DNA of 64,000 bases from Zootoca vivipara (GCF_963506605.1 NC_083276.1:65472001-65536000), one strand, 5' to 3'; shown: positions 1 through 12,775, counted from the first letter of the stretch. Program-made: numbers and translations. The notes: generated by a model from the letters alone, not told the origin.

Positions 1-99
1 AGCCACCCAAAGCAATTGAGCGCCAACGGGCAAGGAAGGGAAGGACTAGGGAAAATTCAAGAGGGCCTTCAGCATAGGTGCCGAGCAGAAATGTCTTGA
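1..99 (+). CDS. Probable 3' end of the last coding exon of an unidentified gene
   Basis: Purine/GC-richer open stretch (frame 1 SHPKQLSANGQGREGLGKIQEGLQHRCRAEMS*, alternatively frame 3 ending at 77) followed by 1.4 kb of repeat-free AT-rich UTR-like sequence. Frame and identity unresolved. Confidence 0.4.
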   Translation, partial: SHPKQLSANGQGREGLGKIQEGLQHRCRAEMS

Positions 100-1444
100 A
101 AGGACAAGCACACTTATCAGTTAATGCACGAGATTAGGCTGGTGCTAATTTTTGTGTCTCTGGTTTTCAGATATCTAAGATTCAATTATGTTTTGCTTCA
201 ATGAATTCTACATTAACTTCCTCCCATTATATACTTATTCAGTCCAAATATGCATGAAATATGTAACCACTGGAATATGCCCAGTTGCATTTACTTGCAA
301 AAAAACAAAGCACCCTGCATTAAAATGTTTTGATTCTTTTACGCTGTGCTTGTATTAAATGCTAGTAATTGTCCCAGAAAGAGTGCTGGCTCTACTGAAC
401 TAAGTAAGAATTTCCATGAACTTAATAATTTGACTTTCACCATCCCCAGTACTTGATTGACACAGCAGCTGCTCTGTGTAGTTGCTTGTAATTTCTTTAA
501 TATCTAATAGTATTATGCTTGGTTGGCTGACTTTTCAAAGGACTGTGATTCGAAAGCATGAAAGAGCTTGCAGCTGAAGACAATTTGGTTGTTCCATCAA
601 CTGATAGCATAGCTGTCCCAGTCCAAATTGACAAATTTCTTCTAATTTGATCCAAATAGTGGTGGGAATCATTACTTTTTGTAATAATGATAATTTTTTT
701 AAAAAATGAAACAAAAAATTAATGAAAAACAGAACAGCCCCAATCCAGCTAATCACTTTTAGTGGAAATTTAATTATGACTACCTTGTTCCATTGGTTTT
801 AATGGGACTAAGACTGCAATGCTATACACACTTAACCTGGGAGTAAGTCGACTGAAGTCATGAGACTTACTTCTGGGTAGAGATGTGTATGATTGTGCTG
901 TTAATCACACCTGATTTTAGCTTGATAGAGTCTCTTAAGGTTGATTTTTCTATTAAAGAAATGAATCCCAAAGTGACATGGAATGCATAGCATTATTGCA
1001 AAGTTACTGTAAACCTTCTAGTAGTGTAATATTTTTTTGCAAATATTACAATAATAGACCACACTTCTTATCTTGTACAATAATTCATGCCTGTTGCACA
1101 CTCTGAAACCAAAAGCACAGGTATAGATCTAGGAATTTTATACACCTCACTTACCATTTATTAACATCCTCTGTATTTTATTTTCTTACATAATCTGTAG
1201 AAACTTTACAAGCAATGAAACAGAAATGTTAGGGGGCTTATATGTACAATAGGTTTTAATAAAAGCAACTTGGTTTTTTAAAAAACAAAACAAAAAAGGC
1301 CTTTTTGTTTTTATGTTTTCTTTGTTGTTGTTTGTTTTGGTTCACTATGGAATTTCTGAGAAAGCTGTCATGGATATATTTCTTACCAAAGTCTTGTGTA
1401 GATGTTTTGTATGTAGTTGTCTGGCTAACACATTATTATTTTGG

Positions 1445-1495
1445 AATAAAGACATCTTTACTATGAAAACAACACCACTTGTTTGTTTGAGTTTA
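1445..1495 (+). terminator. Polyadenylation signal with GU-rich downstream element
   Basis: AATAAA at 1445-1450, then TTGTTTGTTTG about 30 nt downstream; a second AATAAA at 1258-1263. Confidence 0.55.
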
Positions 1496-1501
1496 ATGGT
1501 A

Positions 1502-1848
1502 AAGGTAAAGGTAAAGGGACCCCTGACCGTTAGGTCCAGTCGCGAACGACTCTGGGGTTGGGGCGCTCATCTCACTTTACTGGCTGAGGGAGCTGGTGTA
1601 CAGCTTCCAGGTCACATGGCCAGCATGACCAAGGCGCTTCTGGTGAAACCAGAGCAGCGCATGGAAACGCTGTTTACCTTCCCACCTATTTATCTACTTG
1701 CACTTTGACGTGCTTTCGAACTGCTAGGTTGGCAGGAGCTGGGACCAAGCAACGGGAGCTCACCCCGTCACAGGGATTCGAACCGCCGACCTTCTGATTG
1801 GCAAGCCCTAGGCTCTGTGGTTTAGACCACAGCGCCACCCGCATCCCC
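1502..1848 (-). mobile_element. Sauria SINE, full length
   Basis: (ACCTTT)n tail and tRNA-like head with B box; 14-bp TSD TGAGTTTAATGGTA at 1488-1501 and 1849-1862. Confidence 0.95.
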
Positions 1849-1874
1849 TGAGTTTAATGGTACAAGTACATAAA

Positions 1875-2440
1875 TGTTGTTGGCATCCGTCTGTCTTCAT
1901 AAACAATGGACTGTGCCTCCAGGGGTCAAACCACTGCATTAGCAGTACCAAAGTGACCTACCCAGGGGGCAACAATGGCCCTCTCTCAGCCTCATTGATG
2001 TGGCCCAAAAGAAAGCAGAGCAACACATTTGACACCAGCTTGGCTGCACAAAGGAAGCTTACATAGGAACCACCCAACCTTTTTAGGGATTCCACTCTGA
2101 ATTTAGTCTTTTGTTCTCCTAAAGATATCCCACAGAGCAGTGGGAGGTTAGGATCAGAGTTTCCCTTCTCCTAAATGGGTTACCTTCCCAGGTTCACAAG
2201 CTCCATCTGCCCCTCACTTTCCCCTACAGTACGTGCAAAAACCGGCATCTTGACTTGGACCCACTATTGATCTCATCCGCTCAATCTGCTGGAGCCTGCC
2301 TTCGCATGCAGGGGAAGTCCCTAACTCACTGAGGGTTTCAGACCTATTGGCTATCCTCACCTGGTTTAGCAGGCCAGTTGAAGCCATTCCCAGACACTGG
2401 CCACTGTTGCATGCTGACAGCTTCTAGGACCAGCAAGAAC
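1875..2440 (-). mobile_element. Degenerate RTE-clade LINE 5' region (approximate bounds)
   Basis: Resembles recalled squamate RTE 5' UTR motifs (tcagagtttcccttctcctaaatgggttaccttcccagg). Confidence 0.35.
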
Positions 2441-3844
2441 AGGCACAAGTTGGGGGGCCTGATGATCAGAAACTCAGAACAGAGAGGAAGAAACTGTTTT
2501 TGAAAGCACGCACAAACTTGGGTAAGTCCTGATGTATAAGGATAAAAGGTTAAAAAGTGTTGATGAAGACATCACAAAAGAATGAGGTGGTTCTGGAAGG
2601 AAAGACCAGCTCCATATTTAGGGCAGTGTGTGAGGTTCCCCCACTCAGGGTGCCAAATTAAGGGGGTGCAAAATTGAGAAGATCCATAATGAGAAGATCA
2701 ATTTGGGGGTCCCAATTTTGGCCTCACATAGGGCACCATATAACAAAGATTACCAAAGTCCACTCCGGGAAAGAAATTATATTGGGCTTGTCTAACAAAA
2801 AAAGTGGTCCCTGCTTCATTGACTTTCAAAGTAGGGCTTATGTTACTTCTAATATAGCATTCATCAGGTTTTGAAAAGATTGAAACCATAGGGAATAAAG
2901 AGCACTTTCTGGTCACCTAAAGATGTCAGTTACTAGGGCCATTCTATTGTCTATTGTATTGAGGTTTTGGTGGGAAAACCTACACTTAATTTTGATTTTG
3001 GACTATGCAGCAAAGTCTCTGCTTTTCAGACCCTACAAAATGGAAATGGTTTGGGGGAGGTACTAGGAAACAGTCATCAAAAAGTAGAACTTGCTTTCCT
3101 GGGCTTAGGAAGAAGTGTGTTTGAATCAGTGTGTTTGAATCGTCTAAAGAGACGAACTCCAGCAACTCTTTTCTAGAAAAAAGCAGTGGTCCCTGTATGA
3201 TAGTATCAGAAATAGCTCAGAAAAGAAATATAAACCCTGTCAGTGCCACATGCAATGCGCGGGGGGGGGGGGGAGAGAGAGAGAGAGTTAACTTATGCAA
3301 TTTAATTCCCTTGACCTTTGATGAGTGTTCTGATAATGCCATCACATTTCCACTTTAATAACTGCTGAGAGCAAATGTACACTTTCATTTATCCTCCTTG
3401 GAAGAAGCTGTGTTATTGCAGCCTAAAGACTTCACCAGCAAAAATGGACTGCGCTAAAGTTCCTTCTAAGAGGTATTCCAGACACCTGTCATTCTTCACT
3501 CGGCATGCAAACTCATTTAAGGCCTTTTATCGCTAGGCTTTCAACAGCCAACCTTTACTTCCTGTTGTTTTTTGCAACGTTCTGTGAAACAAAGGCAATT
3601 ACAGCCCACCTGAATGATATTTAAGCATCCTCTCCTCCTATTTGTAAGCTCCAGAATGGTTTGCACATTAACTTGATGCACAGCATTAACTGCTCAGTAG
3701 GCACAAAGCAAGAGTATTCCTTACACTCTCTTATCGGCACCACAGATCTTGTACTGTTGAATTTGCAGTCTCTCACAGCTCTTACGAGACAGGCTACTTT
3801 GATAATGGAAGACCCAAAGAGTAAACTTCAAAAAGGAAAGGATA

Positions 3845-4400
3845 TCTATGGAAATGTATAGTGCACCCGTTAGCAGAGACACATCAATAATGCAGCTGCA
3901 GTCCAGAGTGAAAATCCTGGTAAAGGTTTACTGAAAAAACCTGAACAAAACAGGAACTGAGAACTAATGGGAAATGAAGTTCTAGACCTAATAGACAAAA
4001 TAAAGACAGGCAAATCACTGTATCTGGATGGCATCTACCTGAGAGTTGTCAGATAACTCAAATGTGAAATGGCTGGTTTTCTAACAATAAATATGTCCTC
4101 CATACCTGAGGACTGGAAAGTAGTCAATGTAGCACCATTTTTTTTAAAGGGGATGCAGGGGGGGATCCTGGGAAATACAGGTCAGTTGGCTTAGCATCTG
4201 TCATGGGGAAGCTGGTGTAGTTAAAAATAAAATAAGCAAGCATATAGAAGAACAAGCCTTGCAGAAGCAGAGCCAGTATGGCTTCTCCGAGGGCAGTTGA
4301 TGCCTCATACACCTATTAGAGCAGAAAAATATAGATAGAGGTGGTGCAGCTGACACAGTGTACTTGGACTTTCAAAAGGTTTTCAGCAAGGTACTTGAGC
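3845..4400 (+). mobile_element. Old CR1 LINE ORF2 (RT) fragment
   Basis: Degenerate CR1 motifs PEDWKVVNVAPFF, DPGKYRSV, QYGF, VYLDFQKVF, with stops and frameshifts. Confidence 0.8.
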
Positions 4401-4682
4401 AATTGCAGCATTGCCTCTGGTTGAACATATGAACCAAAGTGTTTAGCATTAAATTCTAGGATGTTTGATGGAAGGCAGCTGGAATATGGCCTTACTATAC
4501 CTCAAAGAAGGCTGGACTCCCTTAGCACTGAGTTTGTCTCTATCTTTTAAACACCTTTTGTAGGCCAGAATTGCCTAGGATAACCACAAAGAAAACAAAT
4601 CCTCTTGATGTATGCCACCTTACAAATATGTGAGGACTGAATACAATTAAGCAGTATTATCAGTTTGTCTAAATGCAACATT

Positions 4683-4935
4683 TAGAACATAAAAAGGGTC
4701 CTGCTGCATCAGACTGAAGGGCTATGTAGTCATGAGAACAAAAGAGGAGCCTGATAGCTCAGGCCAGTGGCCCATCTCCTCCAACATCATGTCCTCACAT
4801 TGGTCAACCAAATGCTTATAGGAATCCTGGGGGGGGGGGGAATTCAAGCAATCTCCCATTCTACTAGTATCCAAAGGCACATCACCTCTGCAAGTGGAGG
4901 TAATACATAGCCATAATGACTAGTAGCCATTGAAC
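4683..4935 (-). mobile_element. CR1-type 3' end fragments
   Basis: agaacataaaa..gctgcatcagac / ggcccatct..ccaacatc motifs; a related copy lies at about 9505-9730. Confidence 0.55.
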
Positions 4936-5235
4936 ATATGTTAACCTGGTTTGAACTTAAGACGCAATACCAAACTTATCCTATCCTACTTCCTTTAGCC
5001 CCAGGAGTGCAAAGAGCGAGGTTGCTGGAAGTTAAAGCACCGGTCTTGATCCTGGCTATGCAGAGTGTGACTCCTGACAGGTAACCTCTTTCTACCTGAC
5101 TATAAGTGCAGTTGGCTGTCCAGTTTAATGCTTCGACTGCTTGTTCTGATATTCTACTCAAGGTTCTTATGTTGTATGGTTATTATGTTGCTTATTATCT
5201 GGTATTTTTGGCAAAATTAAGGGCAGCGCATATGG

Positions 5236-5320
5236 AGGTGGGTAGCTCAGTTGGTTAGAGCGTGGTTGCAGGTTCGATTCCTGTAAGGGACAGCTGCATA
5301 TTCCTGCATTTATGATTCTG
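5236..5320 (+). mobile_element. tRNA(Ile)-like SINE remnant
   Basis: GTAGCTCAGTTGGTTAGAGCGTGG..GGTTCGATTCC A/B boxes with the anticodon arm deleted, followed by a CR1-like tail (tatgattc). Confidence 0.6.
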
Positions 5321-5884
5321 TGAAATAAATTTCTTAGCCTGGTCATGGGCTTCAGGCTTATGCACTCCCTCCCCTCACTCTTTCTCTGCTTCCTTCACTG
5401 CCGTAAAAGGCAACCACTAGGTTACCTAGAAAAACCTCAAATTAAAACACATGGTGGGGCCTCCTAGCTCAATATTTACCTTCTACACTTGGTGGGTGGA
5501 GTAATTTGGATTCACCCTAACATAGCTGTCAAGTTCTCCCCTTTTTTAAAGGGAAATTCCCTTACGCTGAATAAGAAAAGGGAAAACTTGACAGCTATGC
5601 ACCCTAAATATAATCCCAAATGCTGAATAAATCTGAGGAGGTCCCAAAGTAGCGTCACCAAGGATATTGGTGCAGGGAGCGGGGGCTTGCCACCATCCCA
5701 CACCTGTTCTTCCCAGGACACAGAACACACCAGGCAAGGGACTCTTGTATCAGATCCTAGCAGCTATGTAATGGTGTAGTCCTGACCTGTAACTTATTTG
5801 CTTGTTTTTGTTAATTTGTGTCCTTGGTAAGGTGGAAGAATAGGGGGAAGAACACTGAGCATGCCAGAAAATATAAACAAAATA

Positions 5885-5900
5885 CCACTAGATGGTGCTA
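5885..5900 (+). promoter_or_regulatory. CTCF-like motif
   Basis: CCACTAGATGGTGCTA matches the CCACYAGRKGGCRSTA consensus with one mismatch. Confidence 0.4.
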
Positions 5901-6039
5901 AAAGCACAGCTATTATTTATATAGTACAACAGTATGTGTTTTGTGGTTTGAAAGACTTGACTATGCAACTGGAGACTATTAAAGAGTTAAGGTGCACCAG
6001 GAGACTATGCAACTGGAGACTATTAAAGAGTTAAGGTGC

Positions 6040-6256
6040 GACGGGGAACCAGGGAGCGCGGCACGGTGGGCGGGAATGCCGAACTCGCGCTCCGCTGGGC
6101 TGGGCTCCGCCTCCGCCCACCAGCCCTGCTTCTAGGGAGGGGCACAGCCCGGCGGAGCGCGAGTTCGCCGTTCCTGCCCACTTTGTGGCCCCTCCCCTTT
6201 CGTGCCTTGGCCCCTCCCCTTGCCCCCCCCTAGTTTTGATCCTGGGTACGCCCATG
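6040..6256. mobile_element. GC-rich non-autonomous hAT-like element, one end only
   Basis: Right end (cccactttgtggcccctcccc...tagttttgatcctgggtacgcccatg) is shared with the 12465-12775 copy; internal inverted repeat. Confidence 0.65.
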
Positions 6257-6390
6257 CCGTGGGGTACAGCAGCTTCCTCAGGCGGTGGAAACTGAAGAGA
6301 TGACGCCCACCTCACAGCTTCTGCCACCACCAGAGAAGCATCCAAGGTAAGGGAGATGTTGGCATTCGCAGAGTGACACAGCATTCTGCC

Positions 6391-6579
6391 AGTTACAGGT
6401 AGGTAGCCATGTTGGTCTGACGCAGTCAAAACAAAATAAAAAAAATCCTTCCAGTAGCACACTAGAGACCAACTAAGTTTGTCATTGATATGAGCTTTTA
6501 TGTGCATGCACATGAAAGCTCATACCTATGACAAACTTAGTTGGTCTCTAAGGTGCTACTGGAAGGATTTTTTTTATTT
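6391..6579. mobile_element. Penelope-like element fragment with fold-back inversion
   Basis: Homologous to 57694-57880; arms of about 73 bp (6434-6506 / 6507-6579) centred on TGTGCATGCACA. Confidence 0.8.
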
Positions 6580-7613
6580 AGCATTCGGCCACACAGTTTT
6601 GCCGCCAGTGGCAAAACTCAATGAGAGGGAAGCATTCCAAAAGTTTGCCCTCACACATCCCAGCAACACTTTGCAAGGGCTTTTCCATGAGTGGGAGGAG
6701 GATGTTTTGCTTCAGGCTCCAAAATGTTTTGGGCCACCTCTGACCTAAGACATTATGATGTTTTTTCCCCCAGGAAGGCAAGACCTGCCTGGGGCTTAAA
6801 GTGGCTCCAAGCAAATACTTTGTTCTGTCTTTTAACATTTTTAAGATTTACAATATCTTACAATATCTTAAAATTGATATTTAGTCTAACAAAATCTGAC
6901 CAATTAAATTTTATCCCAGTGGGATTATTGTGGCTCTTTTTTATGCATTTGTCTTTTTGTGTGACCGTGCTGATATTGTATTTTATCTGATTTTTTTGTC
7001 TGTCTTTTAATTTTTATTGACTAAATTGGTTTGCATCACATAGAGAACTAGGCAAACATGTGACTTATCAATGTAAACTGTAACAAACAATGCACCTGAC
7101 ATGTTAATGGAGACTCCGCTAAAGCTTTTGTTTTTATGTCACACCCTTCTTCAAGGCTTGTGACTGACAAGATTTATTGTTGCGTGAGCTTCTGTCTGAG
7201 GGCAACTAACCAATTACTTCATGTCTGTCAGGAGACATATTACACTAGCTGAGAGGAAAAGCCTTCTTAAAATGTTTCCCAAGACATCCTGAGCTCTACA
7301 TAACCTGTCACCTCCAAAACTGTTATACTTGCTTTTAACCTATAAATATCAAATCCTAACACTCTCCTGGGTGGGGAAGGAGACAGCTGAGTTAAGAAAT
7401 CTTTCATTTTTAAAACAGGGTATCGATCTCCAAGCAGAACTTTCAGCTCAATTCTCATGTGCTTGGCAATGTAAGGGTATTCTCGTCCCCGCAAGAGCTC
7501 ATAAGGTTAGGCTCTGATTGGATTAAAATGAGCTTGTCCCCATTCCTCAGTTCATGTAAAGGAGGAACAAAAGAAGTGTGTGGGGTTTAGGGGTGTTCCG
7601 TGCATGGAGGTAC

Positions 7614-7845
7614 TCTTCTCCTCATGAGAAGAGAAGACTCCCTGGAAAAGACCCTGATGTTGGGAAAGATGGAGGGCACAAGGAGAAGGGGACAACAGAG
7701 GACAAGATGGTTGGACAGTGTTCTCAAAGCTATCAACATGAGTCTGACCAAACTGCGGGAGGCAGTGGAAGACAGGAGTGCCTGGCGTGCTCTGGTCCAT
7801 GGGGTCACGAAGAGTCGGACACGACTAAACGACTAAACAACAACA
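7614..7845 (+). mobile_element. BovB LINE 3' fragment
   Basis: Encodes REDSLEKTLMLGK...WRALVHGVTKSRTRLND; (CAA)n tail; 14-bp TSD GTGCATGGAGGTAC at 7600-7613 and 7846-7859. Confidence 0.95.
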
Positions 7846-8289
7846 GTGCATGGAGGTACCTTTTCATGGTGCAACAGCAAGGCTCTGAAAGCAAAATTTC
7901 ACTATGCCATTCTCACTTTGTGCCTGTAGAGGGGAGTAGATAGCTATTTTATGATGCACCTCGCTCTACTTTTACCGTAGCTAATGAATCCTTGCCTTTC
8001 CATTGTAAAGCCTGAACTAAGGTCATTTATACAGGTGATGTTCAAATCCATTTTTCCCTACCTCTGAATGTCCACATCTATAATTTGCATATAATTCCTG
8101 CTTCCTGTCTCTCTTTAACAGCAGCAAAAGGTGACCCGTTTCATATATGGAGAGCCAGCATGCCAGAGGGAGAAAGTTTTTTCTGTCCACCATCTAGGCC
8201 AGAGAATGTTTCACTCTGTTCCTCCAAAGGCTGGTCCTTCCTCCCTCTGCAGTCCTTTAAAGGGGCTCCTATTACTGCTGAGGCTTTGT

Positions 8290-8582
8290 GACTTTCCAAA
8301 CAAATGCACAAAAAATGAACATCCAAGTTGCACACATTTTAATGCACTTTGCACGCATTCTTCTAATAAAATACTTTGTTTCAATGCCCTAAAATATATA
8401 CACATATGCATTTGCTAACACAAAATATGTTTTTGGTGTGTACATTATGGGATCTAAACTGCACCACAAACTCTGGAGAAGTGCATGATTGAACTGATAG
8501 TGTGTTCCAGTCTCCAAGCACATGCAGGGACACTGAATCAGGTTGGCTCACTGTGGATCAAACAAATTTCTCCCCCATCCCT
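8290..8582 (+). repeat. Old squamate interspersed repeat (approximate bounds)
   Basis: aaatgcacaaaaaatg...ctggagaagtgc pattern; an inverted homologue at 48170-48905 hosts the Helitron. Confidence 0.5.
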
Positions 8583-9747
8583 AGCAGAAATAAAACTGCA
8601 TGATGGGGAAGGAGCCAGCCTCCTCCCCACCCCTGTGCTTCAAATTGTCGCATCAGCAGCTACAAATCTGAAACGAAAACGAATCTCCAAACCATGCAAA
8701 ACTTCTTCGACTTTAAGATGCTAGAGCCAGGATCTCTTACTCGAAAGCAGCCTCACCAGTTTGTGAAGATGTGGTTTTTGGCCTCTGTTTTCCCCTTTCC
8801 CCCCGCTGCCATGAAGGCAGGAAAAATAGGAGGCAATTTCTTCTGTCCCAAACCACAATCACAAGCCAGCTTGGAATGTAAATATTTTACAAACTGTGTA
8901 GACCTGCTTTAGGATTCCAGAAATAAATAAAGGGCACTGAGATAAATATCTATATCTATCTATATCTATATGTTTATTTTCAAATGCAGGTTTGAGAATA
9001 GCTATCCACGGGCCTTTCCTCCCTCTAAGCCAAACATCCCTGGTAATGATGAGAGTGTGTTGAATCTCACTCTTAATGGCATGCACTTCAAATCATTCAA
9101 CCTGTACAGTATACTTAAATTACCAATTAACCCTCACAAAAAAAGATCAGGTCGGGTCAACGGAAAAGATCAAGGCTGTCTGGTCACTTCCATTACCACC
9201 ACGAAGCAATCAGGAATAAACCGACTGGCAGTTTTGTGACCTCTGCCCCCAAACAAAGGTCCCGTGCTTTGTGATTAATGGTTGTATGGTTCACCTTTTG
9301 TTCCCTGACAAGCAGCACTTAACCAGCTTTCATTTCATTTCTTTTTTGTATTCTGCTGATCAAGAACCTTCAAAAATGTGCCTTCCTGAGAAAGCTAGGA
9401 AAGAAAAATAAAATAAAAACAATTTCAGGAATTGGGGTGTGTTTTTTTTAAAGGTTCCAGAACTATGGGGGTTCTGGCTCATGATCTTGTCATCAGTTGC
9501 ATTTCATACTAAGAACCCATATGAATCAGACTACAGGTCTGTTTAATCCAACAGTCTGTTCCCAACCGTGGCCAATCTGCTGCCTATGGACAGTGTAAAA
9601 GCCAGGCATGAGTGCAGAAGCCATCCACTGATTGTGATTCACAGCAAGTGATATTCATATAGCCATCATGACTGTAGCCTCCCCCAATCCCCCCTTTAAA
9701 GCCATTTAAACTAGTAGCAGCCATCACCAAAATCCATCAATTAAGGC

Positions 9748-9830
9748 TGCAATCCTACACAGATTTATTTGGGAAGAAGTCTCATTGAACACAGTGGGGC
9801 TTACTTATAAATAAACATGCATAGGATTGG
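9748..9830. repeat. Short (about 85 bp) palindromic MITE-like repeat
   Basis: TGCAATCCTA...TAGGATTG termini; related copies at about 812-902, 17408-17468, 45137-45375 and 55418-55502. Confidence 0.7.
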
Positions 9831-10849
9831 GGTGTGATTATAAATTAATTGTGCTATCAGGATTTATAGCTGTAGTGTTGAAAATTTCAATGACTTTGCA
9901 TTTTGGTCATAGGCACATTTTACACGGCCATCTCTGCACACCTTTGGTTTTGAAAGATGAGGAGAGAAAGATGGCAATGTACTGTGTATTATACTCAATC
10001 TGAAGAAAATGGAAGGGGACACACTATGTGAGTGCATTGACCAAAGCATGGAAATCTGGGATTTATGACAGCATATATATATTTTTTTAAAGTCATCAAC
10101 TTCTTTAATTGATCATCATACTTGTTAACAATGATCAAGATGCATGCTTGACCAAATAACATATTGATTCATAAGAAAATGTGTATTAAGAATCTAAAAA
10201 TGTCTTTAACGGACACAAATATTTATTTATCATTAAGCAACAGCTATATATAACATCCAGATTAGTTGATGCGGAAATTTTGTGATTTGAAGTGTTTTTA
10301 GAACCTCAACCATCACAGGGATTATGCAGTGCTAAGTCACAATGTCTTGCCTGAGAATGATAGCTGTTAATTGCTTTCATGAATATGGATCTGAAAACTT
10401 GCCTACAACAGAAAGGTGCCATGCACTTAAAAATGTAGATTAGCCATGGGAGCAAAGGTAAATAAGTTCCCACTGGCATATTACTCTCTGAAGTAACAAA
10501 TATGTTTTATTAAGGGCAGCACAATTAATTGGAAGTCAAATATTACTGGGAATTTGACATTTTGATGTGAATATTCATTGGTATCCGATTCAATATATGG
10601 TTATGAACTCCTTCCCTGGCTGATTCCAATTTTGAGCCTATTTGACTGCAAGCCTATTTTTCACTTCTCCTTAGTACTCAAGGGCTGAGAGGTGTCAAAG
10701 ACCCATTATCATTTTTGCAGGAGGGTCCATGTCTCCAACATCCTACCAGCCACCCAATCAACATGAAACAGGAGCTTTCTAGCACCAGGGCAGTCTTTAC
10801 CATTTGAAGCAGGGGGTAAAAAATTGTGTCCTCCCTTAAAGAGGGCATG

Positions 10850-11178
10850 TGTTGCGGTGCCTGGCAACCAAATCCTTGTGAGGGGTTGTGCCCGTGCCTG
10901 AGTCCAGGGGAGCATCTGGGGGGGGGGGGGGTGTTAACAGAGTCTGTTCCCGGGCTTTTCACCTATCTCAGGTGTTCACCCTTGGCTGACCTATGATAGA
11001 GCTCTGGGTCAGCGCTACCTGCAACGGTGTAAGGAGCTAGTCGAACCAGAGCTGACGCAACCACTCGCTTGCTGTAATCAATCAAGTTGTGGCCTAAATT
11101 CTGCCGAAAACCAAACCAAAATTATGAGTCTTGAGTGAATTTATTTTAGGGGAAGGTTCAAAGGTCTGAACACGCAAA
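10850..11178 (+). mobile_element. Probable solo LTR (Gypsy-like)
   Basis: TGTTGCG...CGCAAA termini, possible 4-bp TSD CATG/CGTG; nested in a GC-rich element. Confidence 0.5.
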
Positions 11179-11693
11179 CGTGCTCCCCTGGGGCTGTTGT
11201 TGTTTTTGACAAGCAACATGGGCGTAGGCAGGGGGGCAGGAGGGGGCAGACCATAACCAGCACTTTTCCCCTCCAAAAACTGAAGTGGAAAAGGCTTTGC
11301 TTTAGCAAGAGCAGCTCAGTCTCCGCTTGCTGGGGGGGGGGGAACACAGCAGTAACAAAAACACATCAAATAAATAAAGCAAAGTGGCTGCCAGTAGTTA
11401 AGCAGTTAAGACAATGGAGCATATATCCCCAGGCAAGATTTGATAGCTGACCATTTCACCCTATTGTTCTTAAGTGGGACTTGTTAATGAGCATTCAGGA
11501 GCATTAAGAGTTCTATTGGCGATTTAATGAGGGTGCAGACTCAGAGGATTCAATTTGACTAAGGTGGCTCTGCAAGGCTAAAAGGAAGTGAATAAGAAAG
11601 GGGGGGGGCTGTAGCTTTGACAGACACAGTGATGTTTATAAAAAGCATTGGTGTTCCAGTCTGCCCCTCCTCCTGCATCTGTATACTGTAAAT

Positions 11694-12029
11694 CAGGGGT
11701 GGCCACCTCCCAAGAGACTCTGATCTACTCAGAGTTTAAAACTGGGGGTGATCTACCCCCTTTGGGGGGGTTCAGGTCAAAGCTGTTGAGTTTTTTTTAA
11801 AGGAAGGGAAGCCCTGTTTTGGGGGGTTTAGGTCAAACTTGTTGAGCTTCTTTTAGGAGGGAGGGAGGCCCATTTTTGTTTAGGGCTTCAGGTCATAGTT
11901 CAATTTTTTTGAGGGAGGAGGAAAATTTTGGGTGAGCTTTTTTTAGGGGTGCCAGTGACCTACTAGTGATCTACCACAGACATCCAGTGATCTACTGGTA
12001 GATCACAATCTACCTGTTGGACGTGCCTG
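11694..12029. mobile_element. Non-autonomous hAT (Charlie-like)
   Basis: CAGG...CCTG termini; perfect 8-bp TSD CTGTAAAT at 11686-11693 and 12030-12037; internal tandem ttcaggtcaaa repeats. Confidence 0.9.
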
Positions 12030-12357
12030 CTGTAAATCAAGCAGAGAGAAAGCTGCTTACAAGGCTCCTGTACATGCAGAGTTCCAGCATCACAGCGTCA
12101 CCCAGAGGCACCCACAAATATGAGTTATCCCTCTCTCTATTTCTTCCTTCCTTCCCTCCCTCTTCCATCCTTAATAAAATACGGGGGGCAGATAAGCCCC
12201 ACATAGAAAGCCCATCAACATGGGGGGATGACTCTTTCAAATACGGTATTTACCAGTAATTGGGGGGGGCACCTAGGCCTCTAGGAGTTGGATGCTATGC
12301 CTAGGAGTAGGACAATTCAAGAAAGCAGAATGATGCATATGCTATGGTAATATATCA

Positions 12358-12455
12358 ATAGAATCATAGAATTGTAGTCGGAAGGGACCACAAGGGTCAT
12401 CTAGTCCAACCCCCTGCAATGCAGGATTTTTTTCCTAAGGTGGGGCTTGAACCAT
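12358..12455 (-). mobile_element. tRNA-Lys/CR1-tail SINE, 3' part
   Basis: atagaatcatagaattgtag...ctagtccaaccccctgcaatgcagga...gtggggcttgaacc; same family as 60305-60440. Confidence 0.75.
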
Positions 12456-12464
12456 GGTTGAAAT

Positions 12465-12775
12465 ATTATGCTGATATGCAGCAACGCCTCGGAGCCGTCG
12501 TGGCTGCGGCCGTGTCTTGCCTCACCCTCGCCCGCCCTGCCACCCCCTCTCGCCTGCCCGACCCTCCCGTCCTCTCCAGCCAAGCAGGGTAGCCGCCAAC
12601 GCTACCAGCCCCAGAAGCACAAGGTGGCCGCTGCTGCCACCGCCACGATGTCATCAGGCCTGTTGGCCCTTTAGCCCCGCCCACTTTGTGGCCCCTCCCC
12701 TTCTGTGCCTTGTCCCCACCCCTGAACGACCATGGCTTCCCCCCCCCCCTAGTTTTGATCCTGGCTACGCCACTG
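12465..12775. mobile_element. GC-rich hAT-like element with unique interior
   Basis: Ends in GCTACGCCACTG (the TIR of the CAGTGGCGTAGC family); left TIR not seen. Confidence 0.7.

Noticed and set aside
5005-5090. + strand exon-like segment (CAG|...AG|GTAACC)
   Set aside because: Isolated, downstream of the apparent poly(A) site, with no recognisable peptide.
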